64,000 nucleotides of DNA from Solirubrobacterales bacterium (GCA_051954855.1 JBQCHH010000008.1:18978-82977), one strand, 5' to 3'; numbered from the stretch's first letter, positions 28,482 through 37,636 are shown. Program-made: numbers and translations. Notes: a model not told the origin generated them from the sequence alone.

Positions 28482-29258
28482 ATCGGCGTTCTAAGAAGTC
28501 TCGAGTCGCGGATCGAAGGCCTCGTCGAGGGGGTGTTCAGCCGTGCCTTCAGCTCGGAGGTGCAGCCGGTCGAACTGGCGCGCAAACTGGCGAAGGAAAT
28601 GGACGCCCACAAGACCGCCTCGGTCCAGCGCGTCTACGTCCCCAACGAGTACACGGTCTTCCTCTCGCGCCAGGATCGCAGCAAGCTCGAAGGCTACGAG
28701 CGCTCGCTCGAGCAGGAGCTCTCCGGCTACCTGCTGGAGCACGCCCGCCGGCGCGGCTACGACCTGCTGACCCGGCCGGCGGTCGAGTTCAGCACCGACA
28801 ACCGCCTGCGGCTGGGCGAGTTCGGGATCCAGGCGCGGCTGGTGAAGCCGCCTGCGCACGAGGGCCAGGCGCCCGAACAGGGCGAAGAGGGGCACACGAT
28901 GGTCTACTCGGCCGTGCGCGAGCGCGACCGCAGCCGCCCGAAACGGCCGGAGCAGGCGGTGGGGGCGCTGGTCTCCACCCGCGCTGTCATCTCGCTCGAA
29001 GATCGCCGCTACGTCCTCGACGGGCCGCGGGCGACGATCGGCCGCTCGAAGTCGGCCGAGTGCGTGCTCGCCGACCCGAACGTCTCGCGCCGCCACGCCG
29101 AGCTGCGGCGCGCCGAGAACGGCGACTGGCAGATCGTCGATCTCGGCTCGACCAACGGAATCAAGGTCAACGGGCGCCGCGTCGCCTCGACCCGGCTCAG
29201 CCCCGGCGACCAGGTCACCCTCGGCACCACCACCTTCAGCTTCGACATCGAGCAGTAG
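28482..29258 (+). CDS. fhaA: FhaA-like protein (DUF3662 N-domain + C-terminal FHA domain); proposed ATC initiation, conservative alternative GTG 28533
   Basis: From the GTG 28533 start it reads MFSRAF...VYVPNEYTVFLS...LGEFGI, then FHA (IGRSKSAECVLADPNVSRRHAEL...DLGSTNGIKVNG). The open frame upstream of GTG 28533 encodes IGVLRSLESRIEGLVEG, the conserved FhaA N-terminus. Confidence 0.8.
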   Translation: MGVLRSLESRIEGLVEGVFSRAFSSEVQPVELARKLAKEMDAHKTASVQRVYVPNEYTVFLSRQDRSKLEGYERSLEQELSGYLLEHARRRGYDLLTRPAVEFSTDNRLRLGEFGIQARLVKPPAHEGQAPEQGEEGHTMVYSAVRERDRSRPKRPEQAVGALVSTRAVISLEDRRYVLDGPRATIGRSKSAECVLADPNVSRRHAELRRAENGDWQIVDLGSTNGIKVNGRRVASTRLSPGDQVTLGTTTFSFDIEQ

Positions 29259-29292
29259 CGGCGGCTGCCGCTCTCATTAAGGTGCCTGCTGC

Positions 29293-29763
29293 GTGGAATT
29301 CGACCCCGTATCAGTAGCCCTGAAATTCGGCTTCCTTGTGGTCCTCTACCTGTTCGTGCTGGTGATCGCCCGCAGCGCGATCAAGGACCTGCGCCGGACC
29401 GTCTCGCCCGCCCCCGACGCGACCGGCTTCCACGCCGTGCCCGCCTTCGCCGAGGCGCCGCGCGGGCCCGATGCCTGGCTGATCGCCGAACGCGGCGGTG
29501 GCCTGCAGCGCGACCAGCGCTTCGACCTGATCGGGGGACTCTCCGTCGGCCGCTCGAAGGAGGCCGACGTGCAGATCGACGACCGCTACGCGTCGAGCAT
29601 CCACGCCCGCGTCTTCTCCCGCGAGGGACGGTTCTACGTGGAGGACATGAACTCGACCAACGGCACCCTGCTGAACGGCGCCACCCTGCAGGGGGAGGCG
29701 GAGCTGATCGACGGCGACACGGTTCAGATCGGCGACACGGTCTTCAGGCTCGAGGTGGGGTGA
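29293..29763 (+). CDS. fhaB: FhaB/FipA-like membrane-anchored FHA domain protein
   Basis: N-terminal TM helix (LKFGFLVVLYLFVLVIA), then FHA (VGRSKEADVQIDDRYASSIHARV...EDMNSTNGTLLNG). Confidence 0.8.
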   Translation: MEFDPVSVALKFGFLVVLYLFVLVIARSAIKDLRRTVSPAPDATGFHAVPAFAEAPRGPDAWLIAERGGGLQRDQRFDLIGGLSVGRSKEADVQIDDRYASSIHARVFSREGRFYVEDMNSTNGTLLNGATLQGEAELIDGDTVQIGDTVFRLEVG

Positions 29764-29768
29764 TTTAG

Positions 29769-30950
29769 GTGGCTCTGCGCATCGAGGAAGAAGCGGTCCG
29801 CACCGACACCGGCCGCCAGCGCAACGCCAACGAGGACTCGCTGTACACGAAGGCGCCGCTGTTCGTCGTCGCCGATGGGATGGGCGGCGCCCAGGCCGGC
29901 GAGGTCGCCTCGAAAGCGGCAGCCGAGTCGTTCGCCGGCGAGCTTCCCAAGGGCCCGCCGGAGCGAGTGCTCGAGCAGACGATCGAGGATGCCAACCGGA
30001 CGATCCACGAGCTCGCCCGCAAGGACCCGAGCCTGGCCGGGATGGGGACGACGACCACCGCCGCGATCGTCGACCTCGAAGCCGAAGAGGTGGCGATCGG
30101 CCACGTCGGCGACAGCCGCGCCTACCGCCTGCGGCGCGACCGCTTCGAGCAGCTGACCCGCGACCACTCGCTGGTCGAGGAGATGCGGCGCAAAGGTCAG
30201 CTCACCGACGCCCAGGCCGAGGACCACCCGCAGCGCTCGATCATCACCCGCGCGCTCGGGCCCGAACCAGAGGTCCAGGTCGACCTGCAGACGGTGCCCG
30301 CCCAGGCCGGCGACGTCTTCCTGATCTGCTCCGACGGGCTGACGACGATGCTGGGCGACGAGCAGATCGCCCGCGTCCTCACCCGCGCCACCTCGCTGCA
30401 GGCGGCGGTGCGGGCGCTGGTCGACGAAGCGAACCGCGCCGGCGGCCGCGACAACATCACCGTCGTCGCCTTCCGCCTGGAGGACGCGGCGGCGCCGGCG
30501 AAGATGGCCGAGGGGGCGACGCTGATCGGGCCCGACGCCGAACGCGAAGGGCTGACCGCGACCGAGGTGCGCCGCCGCGCCGCCGCCGAGGCCGCGCGCA
30601 AGCGGCGCGAGGAGCTGGCGGCGCAGCCGCGGCGCAAGCGCCTGCGCACCGCGGCCAAGGTGGCGGCCGTCGTCCTGGTGCTCGCGGCGCTCGCCTTCGG
30701 TGCCTGGTACGGCAACCGCCAGATCTGGTTCCTCGGCACCGACAACGCCGGCCGCGTCGCCCTCTACCGGGGCGCCCCCTATGAACTGCCGTTCGGGATC
30801 AAGCTCTACAGCGAGCGCTACGCGATCCCGGTTCAGACCAAATCGCTGCCGCAGCGGCGCAAAGACGCGGTCACCGGCCACAGCTTCCGCTCGCGCGGCG
30901 ACGCGGTCTCGCTGCTGGAAGAAATCGAGAAGACGGCGGGGCTGCGGTGA
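29769..30950 (+). CDS. pstP: PP2C-family Ser/Thr phosphatase with C-terminal TM segment
   Basis: RQRNANEDS, FVVADGMGGAQAGEVAS, GTTTTA, VGDSRAY, CSDGL, GGRDNITVV. TM helix VAAVVLVLAALAFGAW. Confidence 0.9.
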   Translation: MALRIEEEAVRTDTGRQRNANEDSLYTKAPLFVVADGMGGAQAGEVASKAAAESFAGELPKGPPERVLEQTIEDANRTIHELARKDPSLAGMGTTTTAAIVDLEAEEVAIGHVGDSRAYRLRRDRFEQLTRDHSLVEEMRRKGQLTDAQAEDHPQRSIITRALGPEPEVQVDLQTVPAQAGDVFLICSDGLTTMLGDEQIARVLTRATSLQAAVRALVDEANRAGGRDNITVVAFRLEDAAAPAKMAEGATLIGPDAEREGLTATEVRRRAAAEAARKRREELAAQPRRKRLRTAAKVAAVVLVLAALAFGAWYGNRQIWFLGTDNAGRVALYRGAPYELPFGIKLYSERYAIPVQTKSLPQRRKDAVTGHSFRSRGDAVSLLEEIEKTAGLR

Positions 30951-32278
30951 CCTCGGCCCGGAACCGGGAGCTGCTCGCCCTGGTTCCCGTCGCCCTTCTG
31001 CTTACCGCCGGCTTCGCCGCGGTCTTCTCGCAGGAGAGCGACAAACTCGGCAACCTCAGCCTCACCTACGGGGCCTATTTCTTCGCCGTCTGCCTCGCCA
31101 CCCACGTGTTCCTGCGCTTCCGGCTCCCCAACGCCGACCCGTACCTGTTCCCGCTGATGGCGACGCTGACGGCGTTCGGCTTCGTGATGATCTACCGGAT
31201 CGACGAAAGCCTGGCCCGCAACCAGGCCAACTGGTTCCTGCTCGGGCTGGTCCTCTTCGCGCTGACGATCTACTTCCTGCGCGACTACGAAGTGCTCGAG
31301 CGCTACCGCTACACGATCGCGGTCGCCGGCCTGCTGTTGCTGCTGGCGCCGCGGTTGCCGGGGATCGGCCAGCAGGTCAACGGCGCCTACCTCGGGGTGA
31401 AGCTGGGGCCGATCGCCTTCCAGCCGGCCGAGTTCACCAAGCTCGCGATCGTCGTCTTCCTCGCCAGCTACCTGCGCGAGCACCGCGAGGTGCTGATCGT
31501 CGGCGCCCGCCGGGTGCTGGGGGTGACGCTGCCGCCGCTGAAGCACTTCGGGCCGATGCTGGTGGTCTGGGGCGCTTCGATGTTCATGCTCGTCTTCATC
31601 CGCGACCTCGGCAGCTCGCTGATGTTCTTCGCCGCCTTCCTCGCCCTGCTCTACGTGGCGACCGGGCGCTTCTCCTTCGTCGTGATCGGGATGGCGATGT
31701 TCCTCCTCGGCGCCTGGTTCTTCGCCACCACCGTGCCGCACGTCCAAGAGCGGGTCGACGTCTGGCTCCACCCCTACGCCGAAGCGCAGGGCAACGGGTA
31801 CCAGATCCTGCAGTCGATCTTCGCCCAGGCCGACGGCGGCCTCTTCGGCAAAGGCTTCGGACAGGCGCTGATCACGGCGCCGGGAACGCACAGCGTGCTG
31901 CTGCCGGCCGCTGAAACCGACACGATCTACTCGCTGATCGTCAACGAGGTCGGGCTGGTCGGCGCCTGCGGGCTGATCCTCGTTTACCTGCTGATCACCG
32001 CCCGCGGCTTCAAAGTCGCGCTGCTGGCGAACGACGGCTTCTCGAAGCTGCTGGCGACGGGCCTGACCGCGGTCTTCGCGATCCAGGCTTTCGTGATCAT
32101 CGGCGGCGTAACCAGGGTGATCCCGCTGACCGGCGTCACCCTGCCCTTCATCAGCTACGGCGGCAGCTCGATCGTCGCCAACTTCGTGCTGCTGGCGCTG
32201 CTCTTGCTGGTCTCCGACCGCGCCCGCCGTGAAGCGGCCGCGCCGGCCGGCCGCGCGGCGTTGGGGGCGGCGCTGTGA
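30947..32278 (+). CDS. rodA: SEDS-family peptidoglycan glycosyltransferase (RodA/FtsW)
   Basis: About 10 TM helices. QPAEFTKLAIVVFLA, LQSIFAQADGGLFGKGFG, ETDTIYSLIVNEVGL, IPLTGVTLPFISYGGSS. GTGA overlap with pstP. Confidence 0.9.
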   Translation: MTSARNRELLALVPVALLLTAGFAAVFSQESDKLGNLSLTYGAYFFAVCLATHVFLRFRLPNADPYLFPLMATLTAFGFVMIYRIDESLARNQANWFLLGLVLFALTIYFLRDYEVLERYRYTIAVAGLLLLLAPRLPGIGQQVNGAYLGVKLGPIAFQPAEFTKLAIVVFLASYLREHREVLIVGARRVLGVTLPPLKHFGPMLVVWGASMFMLVFIRDLGSSLMFFAAFLALLYVATGRFSFVVIGMAMFLLGAWFFATTVPHVQERVDVWLHPYAEAQGNGYQILQSIFAQADGGLFGKGFGQALITAPGTHSVLLPAAETDTIYSLIVNEVGLVGACGLILVYLLITARGFKVALLANDGFSKLLATGLTAVFAIQAFVIIGGVTRVIPLTGVTLPFISYGGSSIVANFVLLALLLLVSDRARREAAAPAGRAALGAAL

Positions 32279-33732
32279 ACCGGCAGATCGTCAAATTGTT
32301 CGCCTTCATCGTCGTCCTCTTCGCGATCCTGGTCGGCTTCACGTCCTACTGGTCGGTCTTCGACGCCAAGGCGCTGAAGGAAAAGGACGTCAACAAGCGG
32401 CCGCTGTTCGAGGCGCAGCAGATCCACCGCGGCCGCATCCTCGCCGCCGACGGCACCGTGATCGCCAAGTCGGTGGCGAAGGGACAGGGCTCCGCCAAGC
32501 GGTACGTGCGGCGTTATCCGCAAGGTGCCCTCTTCGGCCACCCGATCGGATACAGCTTCATGGAATACGGCGACTCCCAGTTCGAGCAGTTCCATAACGC
32601 CGAACTGATCGGCGAAGAATCGGAATTCGGCTCGATCCTGGAAGAAATCCTCGGTCACACGCAGGAAGGCAACGACATCGTCACCAACCTCGACACCAAA
32701 GCGCAGCAGGTGGCGCTGAGCGCGCTGGAAGCAGCGGGCTTCGGCGCCGTGGTGGCGATCGTCCCCCAGACCGGTGAAGTCAAGGTGATGGCCTCCAACG
32801 CGCCGTATGACCCGAACCGGATCCCCAGCCAAATCGAAAAGCTGAATCGCAACGAAGCCGAAACGCCGCTGCTGAACCGGGCGACGCAGGGGCAGCGGCC
32901 GCCGGGCTCGACCTTCAAGGTCGTAACCGCGGCGGCGGGTCTGGAAAACGGCGTGATCACGCCGGAAACGACGATCGACTCGCCGGGCGAAATCACCGAC
33001 GAAGGAATACCGCTGCAGAACGACTTCACCCAGAACTGGGGTTCGATCTCGCTCGACACCGCCCTGACCAACTCGGTCAACACCTTCTTCGGCCAGCTCG
33101 GCCAGAAAGTCGGCCAGGACGCGCTGTTCGAACAGATGGAAAAGTTCGGTTTCAACGCCAAGCCGCCGATCGATCTGCCCTCGACCCAGATCGAGCCCAG
33201 CGGGGTCTTCTCCGAAGGGAAGCTCCTGCACCGCAACGACCCGGTCGACCTCGCCCGCGTCGCGATCGGCCAGGAGCGGCTGCTGGCGACGCCGCTGCAG
33301 ATGGCGATGGTCGTCGCCGCGGTCGCCGACAAGGGCAAGCTGATGAAGCCGCAGATCTGGAACCGGGTGATCGAACCCGACGGGCACGTCGTCGCCCGCC
33401 TCGAACCCTCCGTCTACAGCGAACCGGTCAGCGCCAAGACCGCGGAAGAGCTGACGACGGCGATGGAAGGCGTGGTGCGGGAAGGCACCGGGACCAACGC
33501 GAACATCGAAGGCGTCCCGGTCGCCGGGAAGACCGGCACCGCGGAAACGCCGAACAACAAAGCCTGCGGCGGCGGCGAAAACGAGAACCAGGCCTGGTTC
33601 ATGGGCTTCGCCCCGGCCAACGAACCGAAGATCGCGATCGTCGCCACGGTCGAATGCACCGAACAGTTCGGCGGCGACATCGCCGCGCCGATCTTCCGTC
33701 AGGTCGCGGAAACGATCCTCAACGGGGAATGA
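32275..33732 (+). CDS. pbpA: Class B penicillin-binding protein / transpeptidase
   Basis: GSTFKVVTAAA (SxxK), LTNSVN (SxN), GKTGTAE (KTG). N-terminal TM anchor. GTGA overlap with rodA. Confidence 0.9.
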   Translation: MNRQIVKLFAFIVVLFAILVGFTSYWSVFDAKALKEKDVNKRPLFEAQQIHRGRILAADGTVIAKSVAKGQGSAKRYVRRYPQGALFGHPIGYSFMEYGDSQFEQFHNAELIGEESEFGSILEEILGHTQEGNDIVTNLDTKAQQVALSALEAAGFGAVVAIVPQTGEVKVMASNAPYDPNRIPSQIEKLNRNEAETPLLNRATQGQRPPGSTFKVVTAAAGLENGVITPETTIDSPGEITDEGIPLQNDFTQNWGSISLDTALTNSVNTFFGQLGQKVGQDALFEQMEKFGFNAKPPIDLPSTQIEPSGVFSEGKLLHRNDPVDLARVAIGQERLLATPLQMAMVVAAVADKGKLMKPQIWNRVIEPDGHVVARLEPSVYSEPVSAKTAEELTTAMEGVVREGTGTNANIEGVPVAGKTGTAETPNNKACGGGENENQAWFMGFAPANEPKIAIVATVECTEQFGGDIAAPIFRQVAETILNGE

Positions 33733-33759
33733 GACTGCCGATGGGACGAAAACCGCCTT

Positions 33760-35676
33760 ATGTGTCCGGAAATCGGCCCGTCGGCGGCGGCATGGAGGCC
33801 GTGCGTGGCTGAGATCGCCGAGGGCAGCGTCGTCGACAACCGCTACCGGGTCCTGCGCCGGATCGGATCGGGGGGGATGGCCGACGTCTGGTTGGCCGAA
33901 GACACGCACCTGCAGCGGCAGGTGGCGCTGAAGGTCCTGCACCGCCGCTACCTCCAGGATCCGCAATTCGTCGAGCGCTTCCAGCGCGAGGCCGAGTCGG
34001 CGGCCGGGTTGCAGCACCCGAACGTGGTCGCCGTCTTCGACCGCGGCTCCGACGGCGAGGTCAACTACATCGCGATGCGCTACGTCGAGGGCCCGACGCT
34101 GAAGGAGCTGATCGACCGGGGTCTGACCCCGCCGCAGGCGGTGGCGCTGGTGCGGCAGGTGCTGGAGGCGGCCCGCTTCGCCCACCGCCACGGGATCGTC
34201 CACCGCGACCTGAAGCCGCAGAACGTGATCGTCGACGAGGAGGGCAAAGCCGTCGTCACCGATTTCGGCATCGCCCGCGCCGGCGTCTCCGACATCACCC
34301 AGACCGGCTCGGTGATGGGGACGCCGCACTACCTCTCGCCCGAGCAGGCGCAGGGGCACGACGTCACCTCGGTCTCCGACCTCTACTCGATCGGGGTGAT
34401 CCTCTACGAGGCGCTGACCGGGCGGGTCCCGTTCGAGGGCGAAAGCGCGGTGGCGGTGGCGATGAAACAGGTCTCGCAGACGCCGCAGCGGCCGAGCTCG
34501 ATCAACCCGCAGGTCTCGCCGGCGCTCGACGCGGTAGTGATGCGGGCGCTGGAGAAGGAGCCCGGCAACCGCTTCCAGAGCGCGGACGCGTTCATCGCCG
34601 CCCTCGACGCGGCGATGAAAGACCCGGGGGTCAGCCGCGACACCGCCGCGATGGCGCCGCTGCCGCCGGTGGTCGCCGCGCCGGTAGAGGAGGAGGTGCC
34701 GCCGGAGGAAGACCGCAGACGCAACTGGTGGCTGTGGGCGCTGCTTGTCGCGGCGATCGCGATCGGCATCCTCGCCGGCCTGGCGCTGACCCGCGACACG
34801 ACGACGAAGGTGCCGAACGTGACCGGGATCCCGCTCAATGTCGCCGTCAACCTGCTGCAGCAGGACGGGTTCCAGGTCGGTGAAGTGACCCGGGTCGAAC
34901 GCCAGGCGCCGGCCAACGAAGTGCTCGAGCAGGAACCGGCGGCCTCGCCGCCGCAGGCGGACATGAACTGCGCCTTCCTCACCTTCTTCTGCTCGAAGCC
35001 CGCCGTCGACCTCACCGTCAGCGCTGGGCCCGGCCAGGAAAAAGTTCCTTCGGTGGCGGGCAAGACGCAGGCGGAAGCGACGAAGGAACTGGAAGCAGTC
35101 GGGTTCAAGGTCGCCGTGCAGAGGGTCAACTCGGACCAGGTCGAAGAAGGATTGGTAACCCACTCCGAGCCGGGCGGCGGCACGACCGCGACCAAGGGCT
35201 CGACCGTCACCCTCTTCGTCTCACAGGGGCCGAAGCTGGTGAAGGTGCCGGTGATCGTCGGCAATCAGCGGTCCGAGGCGGTTGAAGCGATCCGCTCGCG
35301 CGGGCTCACGCCCAGCGTCAGCGAAGAAGAAGACGCGGCGCCGAAAGGCCGGGTGATCCGCCAGTCGCCCGGCGCCGGCACGTCGGTCGAACCGGGTTCG
35401 ACGGTGACGATCGTCGTCTCCAGCGGCGAAGAAGAACAGCAGGCGAAGGTGCCGGGCGTGATCGGCAAGGAACGCCGCGCAGCGGTGGAAGCGATCCGCG
35501 CTGCCGGCCTCAAACCGGTGGTCGAAGAAGAAGAAACCGAAGTGCCGAGCCAGGTCGGGCGCGTAACCGATCAGTTCCCGCCGCCGGGAACCGAAGCCGA
35601 ACCCGGCGCGACGGTGACGATCGTGGTCGGCAAGCGGGCGGTTGAACCGGCCGAAGGAGAAGGGGTCGAAGGGTGA
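33760..35676 (+). CDS. pknB: Ser/Thr protein kinase PknB type with extracellular PASTA repeats
   Basis: IGSGGMADVWLA, ALKVL, HRDLKPQNV, DFGIA, GTPHYLSPEQ. One TM helix (WLWALLVAAIAIGILAGLAL), then repeated PASTA-like units (VP.V.G......A...L...G). The start could be GTG 33805. Confidence 0.9.
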   Translation: MCPEIGPSAAAWRPCVAEIAEGSVVDNRYRVLRRIGSGGMADVWLAEDTHLQRQVALKVLHRRYLQDPQFVERFQREAESAAGLQHPNVVAVFDRGSDGEVNYIAMRYVEGPTLKELIDRGLTPPQAVALVRQVLEAARFAHRHGIVHRDLKPQNVIVDEEGKAVVTDFGIARAGVSDITQTGSVMGTPHYLSPEQAQGHDVTSVSDLYSIGVILYEALTGRVPFEGESAVAVAMKQVSQTPQRPSSINPQVSPALDAVVMRALEKEPGNRFQSADAFIAALDAAMKDPGVSRDTAAMAPLPPVVAAPVEEEVPPEEDRRRNWWLWALLVAAIAIGILAGLALTRDTTTKVPNVTGIPLNVAVNLLQQDGFQVGEVTRVERQAPANEVLEQEPAASPPQADMNCAFLTFFCSKPAVDLTVSAGPGQEKVPSVAGKTQAEATKELEAVGFKVAVQRVNSDQVEEGLVTHSEPGGGTTATKGSTVTLFVSQGPKLVKVPVIVGNQRSEAVEAIRSRGLTPSVSEEEDAAPKGRVIRQSPGAGTSVEPGSTVTIVVSSGEEEQQAKVPGVIGKERRAAVEAIRAAGLKPVVEEEETEVPSQVGRVTDQFPPPGTEAEPGATVTIVVGKRAVEPAEGEGVEG

Positions 35677-36638
35677 GGGTCGCGGTCCTCTCCGGAGGGC
35701 GCTCCTCCGAGCACGACGTCTCGCTGCGCTCCGGCGCGGCCGTGGCGCGCGGGCTGCGCGAGGCCGGCCACGAGGCGGTCGAGGTGACGATCGGCCGCGA
35801 CGGTGGCTGGGCCGCCGCCGGCGGCACGATCGGGCTGACGCCGGGCGGCGGCCTGCTCGGGGCCGACGCCGTCTTCCCGGCCCTGCATGGCGCCTTCGGC
35901 GAGGACGGCAGCGTCCAGGGCCTGCTCGAGCAGCTCGACGTCCCCTACGTCGGCTCCGACGTGCTCGCCTCGGCGATCTGCATGGACAAGCTGACGCTGA
36001 AGCGGCTGTTCGCGGCGCACGGCGTGCCGCAGGTCGAGTTCACTGCGGTCGAGGGCAGCGACTGGTGGGGCCGCTGCGAGCGGATGGGCCTGCCGCTCTG
36101 GGTCAAGCCCTCGCGGATGGGCTCCAGCGTCGGCATCAGCCGCGTCGCGGCTCTGGCCGAGCTCGACGCGGCGGTGGAGCTGGCGCTGCGCCACGACCCG
36201 CGGGTGATCGTCGAGGCTTCGGCCGCCGGGCGCGAGGTCGAGTGCTCGGTGCTCGGCAACGGCGAGCCGCGGGCTTCGCTGCCGGGCGAGATCGTCTCCC
36301 AAGGGGTCTGGTACGACTTCCAGGCCAAGTACACCGAGGGCGGGATGGAGCTGCGCGTCCCCGCCCCGATCGGCGACGACGCGGTCGAGCGCGTCCGCGA
36401 GCTCGCCGTCTCGGTCTTCCAGCTCGCCGGCTGCTCCGGCCTTGCCCGCTGCGACTTCTTCGTCGAGCCCGACGGCTCGGTCCTCGTCAACGAGATCAAC
36501 ACCATGCCCGGCTTCACCGACACCAGCGTCTACGCCAAGCTCTGGGAGGCGACGGGAACCGATTACCCCAAGCTCTGCGACCGCCTCGTCCAGCTGGCCG
36601 TCGAACGCCACCGCGAAGCCCGCGCCTACGAGTTCTAG
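35673..36638 (+). CDS. ddl: D-alanine--D-alanine ligase, second copy (DdlA / Gram-positive type)
   Basis: MRVAVLSGGRSSEHDVSLRSG, HGAFGEDGSVQGLLE, WVKPSRMGSSVGI, WYDFQAKYTEGG, NEINTMPGFT. GTGA overlap with the pknB stop. Confidence 0.85.
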   Translation: MRVAVLSGGRSSEHDVSLRSGAAVARGLREAGHEAVEVTIGRDGGWAAAGGTIGLTPGGGLLGADAVFPALHGAFGEDGSVQGLLEQLDVPYVGSDVLASAICMDKLTLKRLFAAHGVPQVEFTAVEGSDWWGRCERMGLPLWVKPSRMGSSVGISRVAALAELDAAVELALRHDPRVIVEASAAGREVECSVLGNGEPRASLPGEIVSQGVWYDFQAKYTEGGMELRVPAPIGDDAVERVRELAVSVFQLAGCSGLARCDFFVEPDGSVLVNEINTMPGFTDTSVYAKLWEATGTDYPKLCDRLVQLAVERHREARAYEF

Positions 36639-36639
36639 A

Positions 36640-36706
36640 GAAAATTCAGCGCTCGCTGAATTTTCACCCCTATAGGGGCCATTTTTCAGCGCTCGCTGAA
36701 TTTTCA
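36640..36706. terminator. Three consecutive palindromes, including a 22-bp direct repeat, between convergent genes (probable bidirectional terminators)
   Basis: GAAAATTCAGCG-CT-CGCTGAATTTTC (36640-36665), CCCCTATAGGGG (36667-36678) and TTCAGCGCTCGCTGAA (36685-36700). TTCAGCGCTCGCTGAATTTTCA occurs twice (36645-36666 and 36685-36706). Confidence 0.5.
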
Positions 36707-37636
36707 GTAAGCGGTGTTGCGCGAGCGGGGGCGGGGGAGGGACTTGTAGCGCTGGGCACGGCCGCGATTCCAGAGGGCGCTATCGATCTCGGCGGGGCTG
36801 AGGACGCCGGCGGTGGCGGTGCTGAGGAGCTCGATGGCGTGGACAGCGGCGGCGCGGAGCTCGACCTCCTCGGGGGAGCCGTGGGCGAGGAGCTCTTCGG
36901 CTTCGATGCGGGCAGTGAGGTCGGGGTCGAGCTGGAGGAGGCCGTCCACGCGGAGGACGTGGGGGACGAGGTTGTCGGCGAAGGCGGTTAGGCGGAACAC
37001 GCCGGGCAGGTCGGCGACGCCGGCGCGGTGGAGGTCAGCGGCGGCGAGCTGGGCGCGCTTGTAGAAGGGGACCTCGCGGCCCTCGTAGGTGGAGACGTCG
37101 GCGAAGGCCTCCCAGCCGGCGAAGATCTCCGCGAGGACAGGGATGGACTCGGCTGCTTCGACCGGGCCGAGGAAGCGGCCGCCGTGCTCGGCCTGCAGGC
37201 GGGCGCCGACGTCGCGGAGGGCGTCGGCGAATTGGCCCATCAGCGGGTGCTCGGAGTCCTGACCGACCACGGCGGCGATCGTGGCTCCGTCCATTGCCGC
37301 CAGTTGCTCCGCACTCCAGGGCCCGTGCCCAGCGAAGCGGTCGATCACTCCGGCGGCCATCGTTGCGTAGCCGCTGAGGCCCGGCCGCTTGCGGATCGTC
37401 GGCCACCAGCCCGAGCCGAAGTTGATCGCGTTCATGCAGATCGCGAAGGCGGCGGTGTGTTCCGGCTCGGTGACCGAAGGGCTCGATGGCGCCTCGTCCG
37501 GCGCTGCTTCGACGCTTTTCACCAATCCGCCGGCGTAATCGGCAATCTGCTCCTGATCCACCCGCACCCAGCGTGCCCGCTCCATCACCCAGGCGCAGGC
37601 GATGCGGGCTTCGTCGGGAAGGGAGACTGCGGTCAT
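36704..37636 (-). CDS. Queuosine salvage family protein (DUF2419 / Qng1-like)
   Basis: Start at MTAVSLPDEARIACAWV. Motifs NAINFGSGWW, FYKRAQLAAADL, LTAFADNLVPHVLRVDGLL, as in DUF2419 proteins. Confidence 0.65.
   Translation of the reverse strand: MTAVSLPDEARIACAWVMERARWVRVDQEQIADYAGGLVKSVEAAPDEAPSSPSVTEPEHTAAFAICMNAINFGSGWWPTIRKRPGLSGYATMAAGVIDRFAGHGPWSAEQLAAMDGATIAAVVGQDSEHPLMGQFADALRDVGARLQAEHGGRFLGPVEAAESIPVLAEIFAGWEAFADVSTYEGREVPFYKRAQLAAADLHRAGVADLPGVFRLTAFADNLVPHVLRVDGLLQLDPDLTARIEAEELLAHGSPEEVELRAAAVHAIELLSTATAGVLSPAEIDSALWNRGRAQRYKSLPRPRSRNTAY

Noticed and set aside
32155-35163. 1002-aa minus-strand ORF
   Set aside because: It is antisense to pbpA and pknB, which have clear catalytic motifs. 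Its composition is typical of GC-rich antisense frames.
34800-35676. Repeated units in the 3' part of pknB as a DNA tandem repeat
   Set aside because: The repetition is at protein-domain level (diverged PASTA units). Nucleotide copies are not similar enough to call a DNA repeat.
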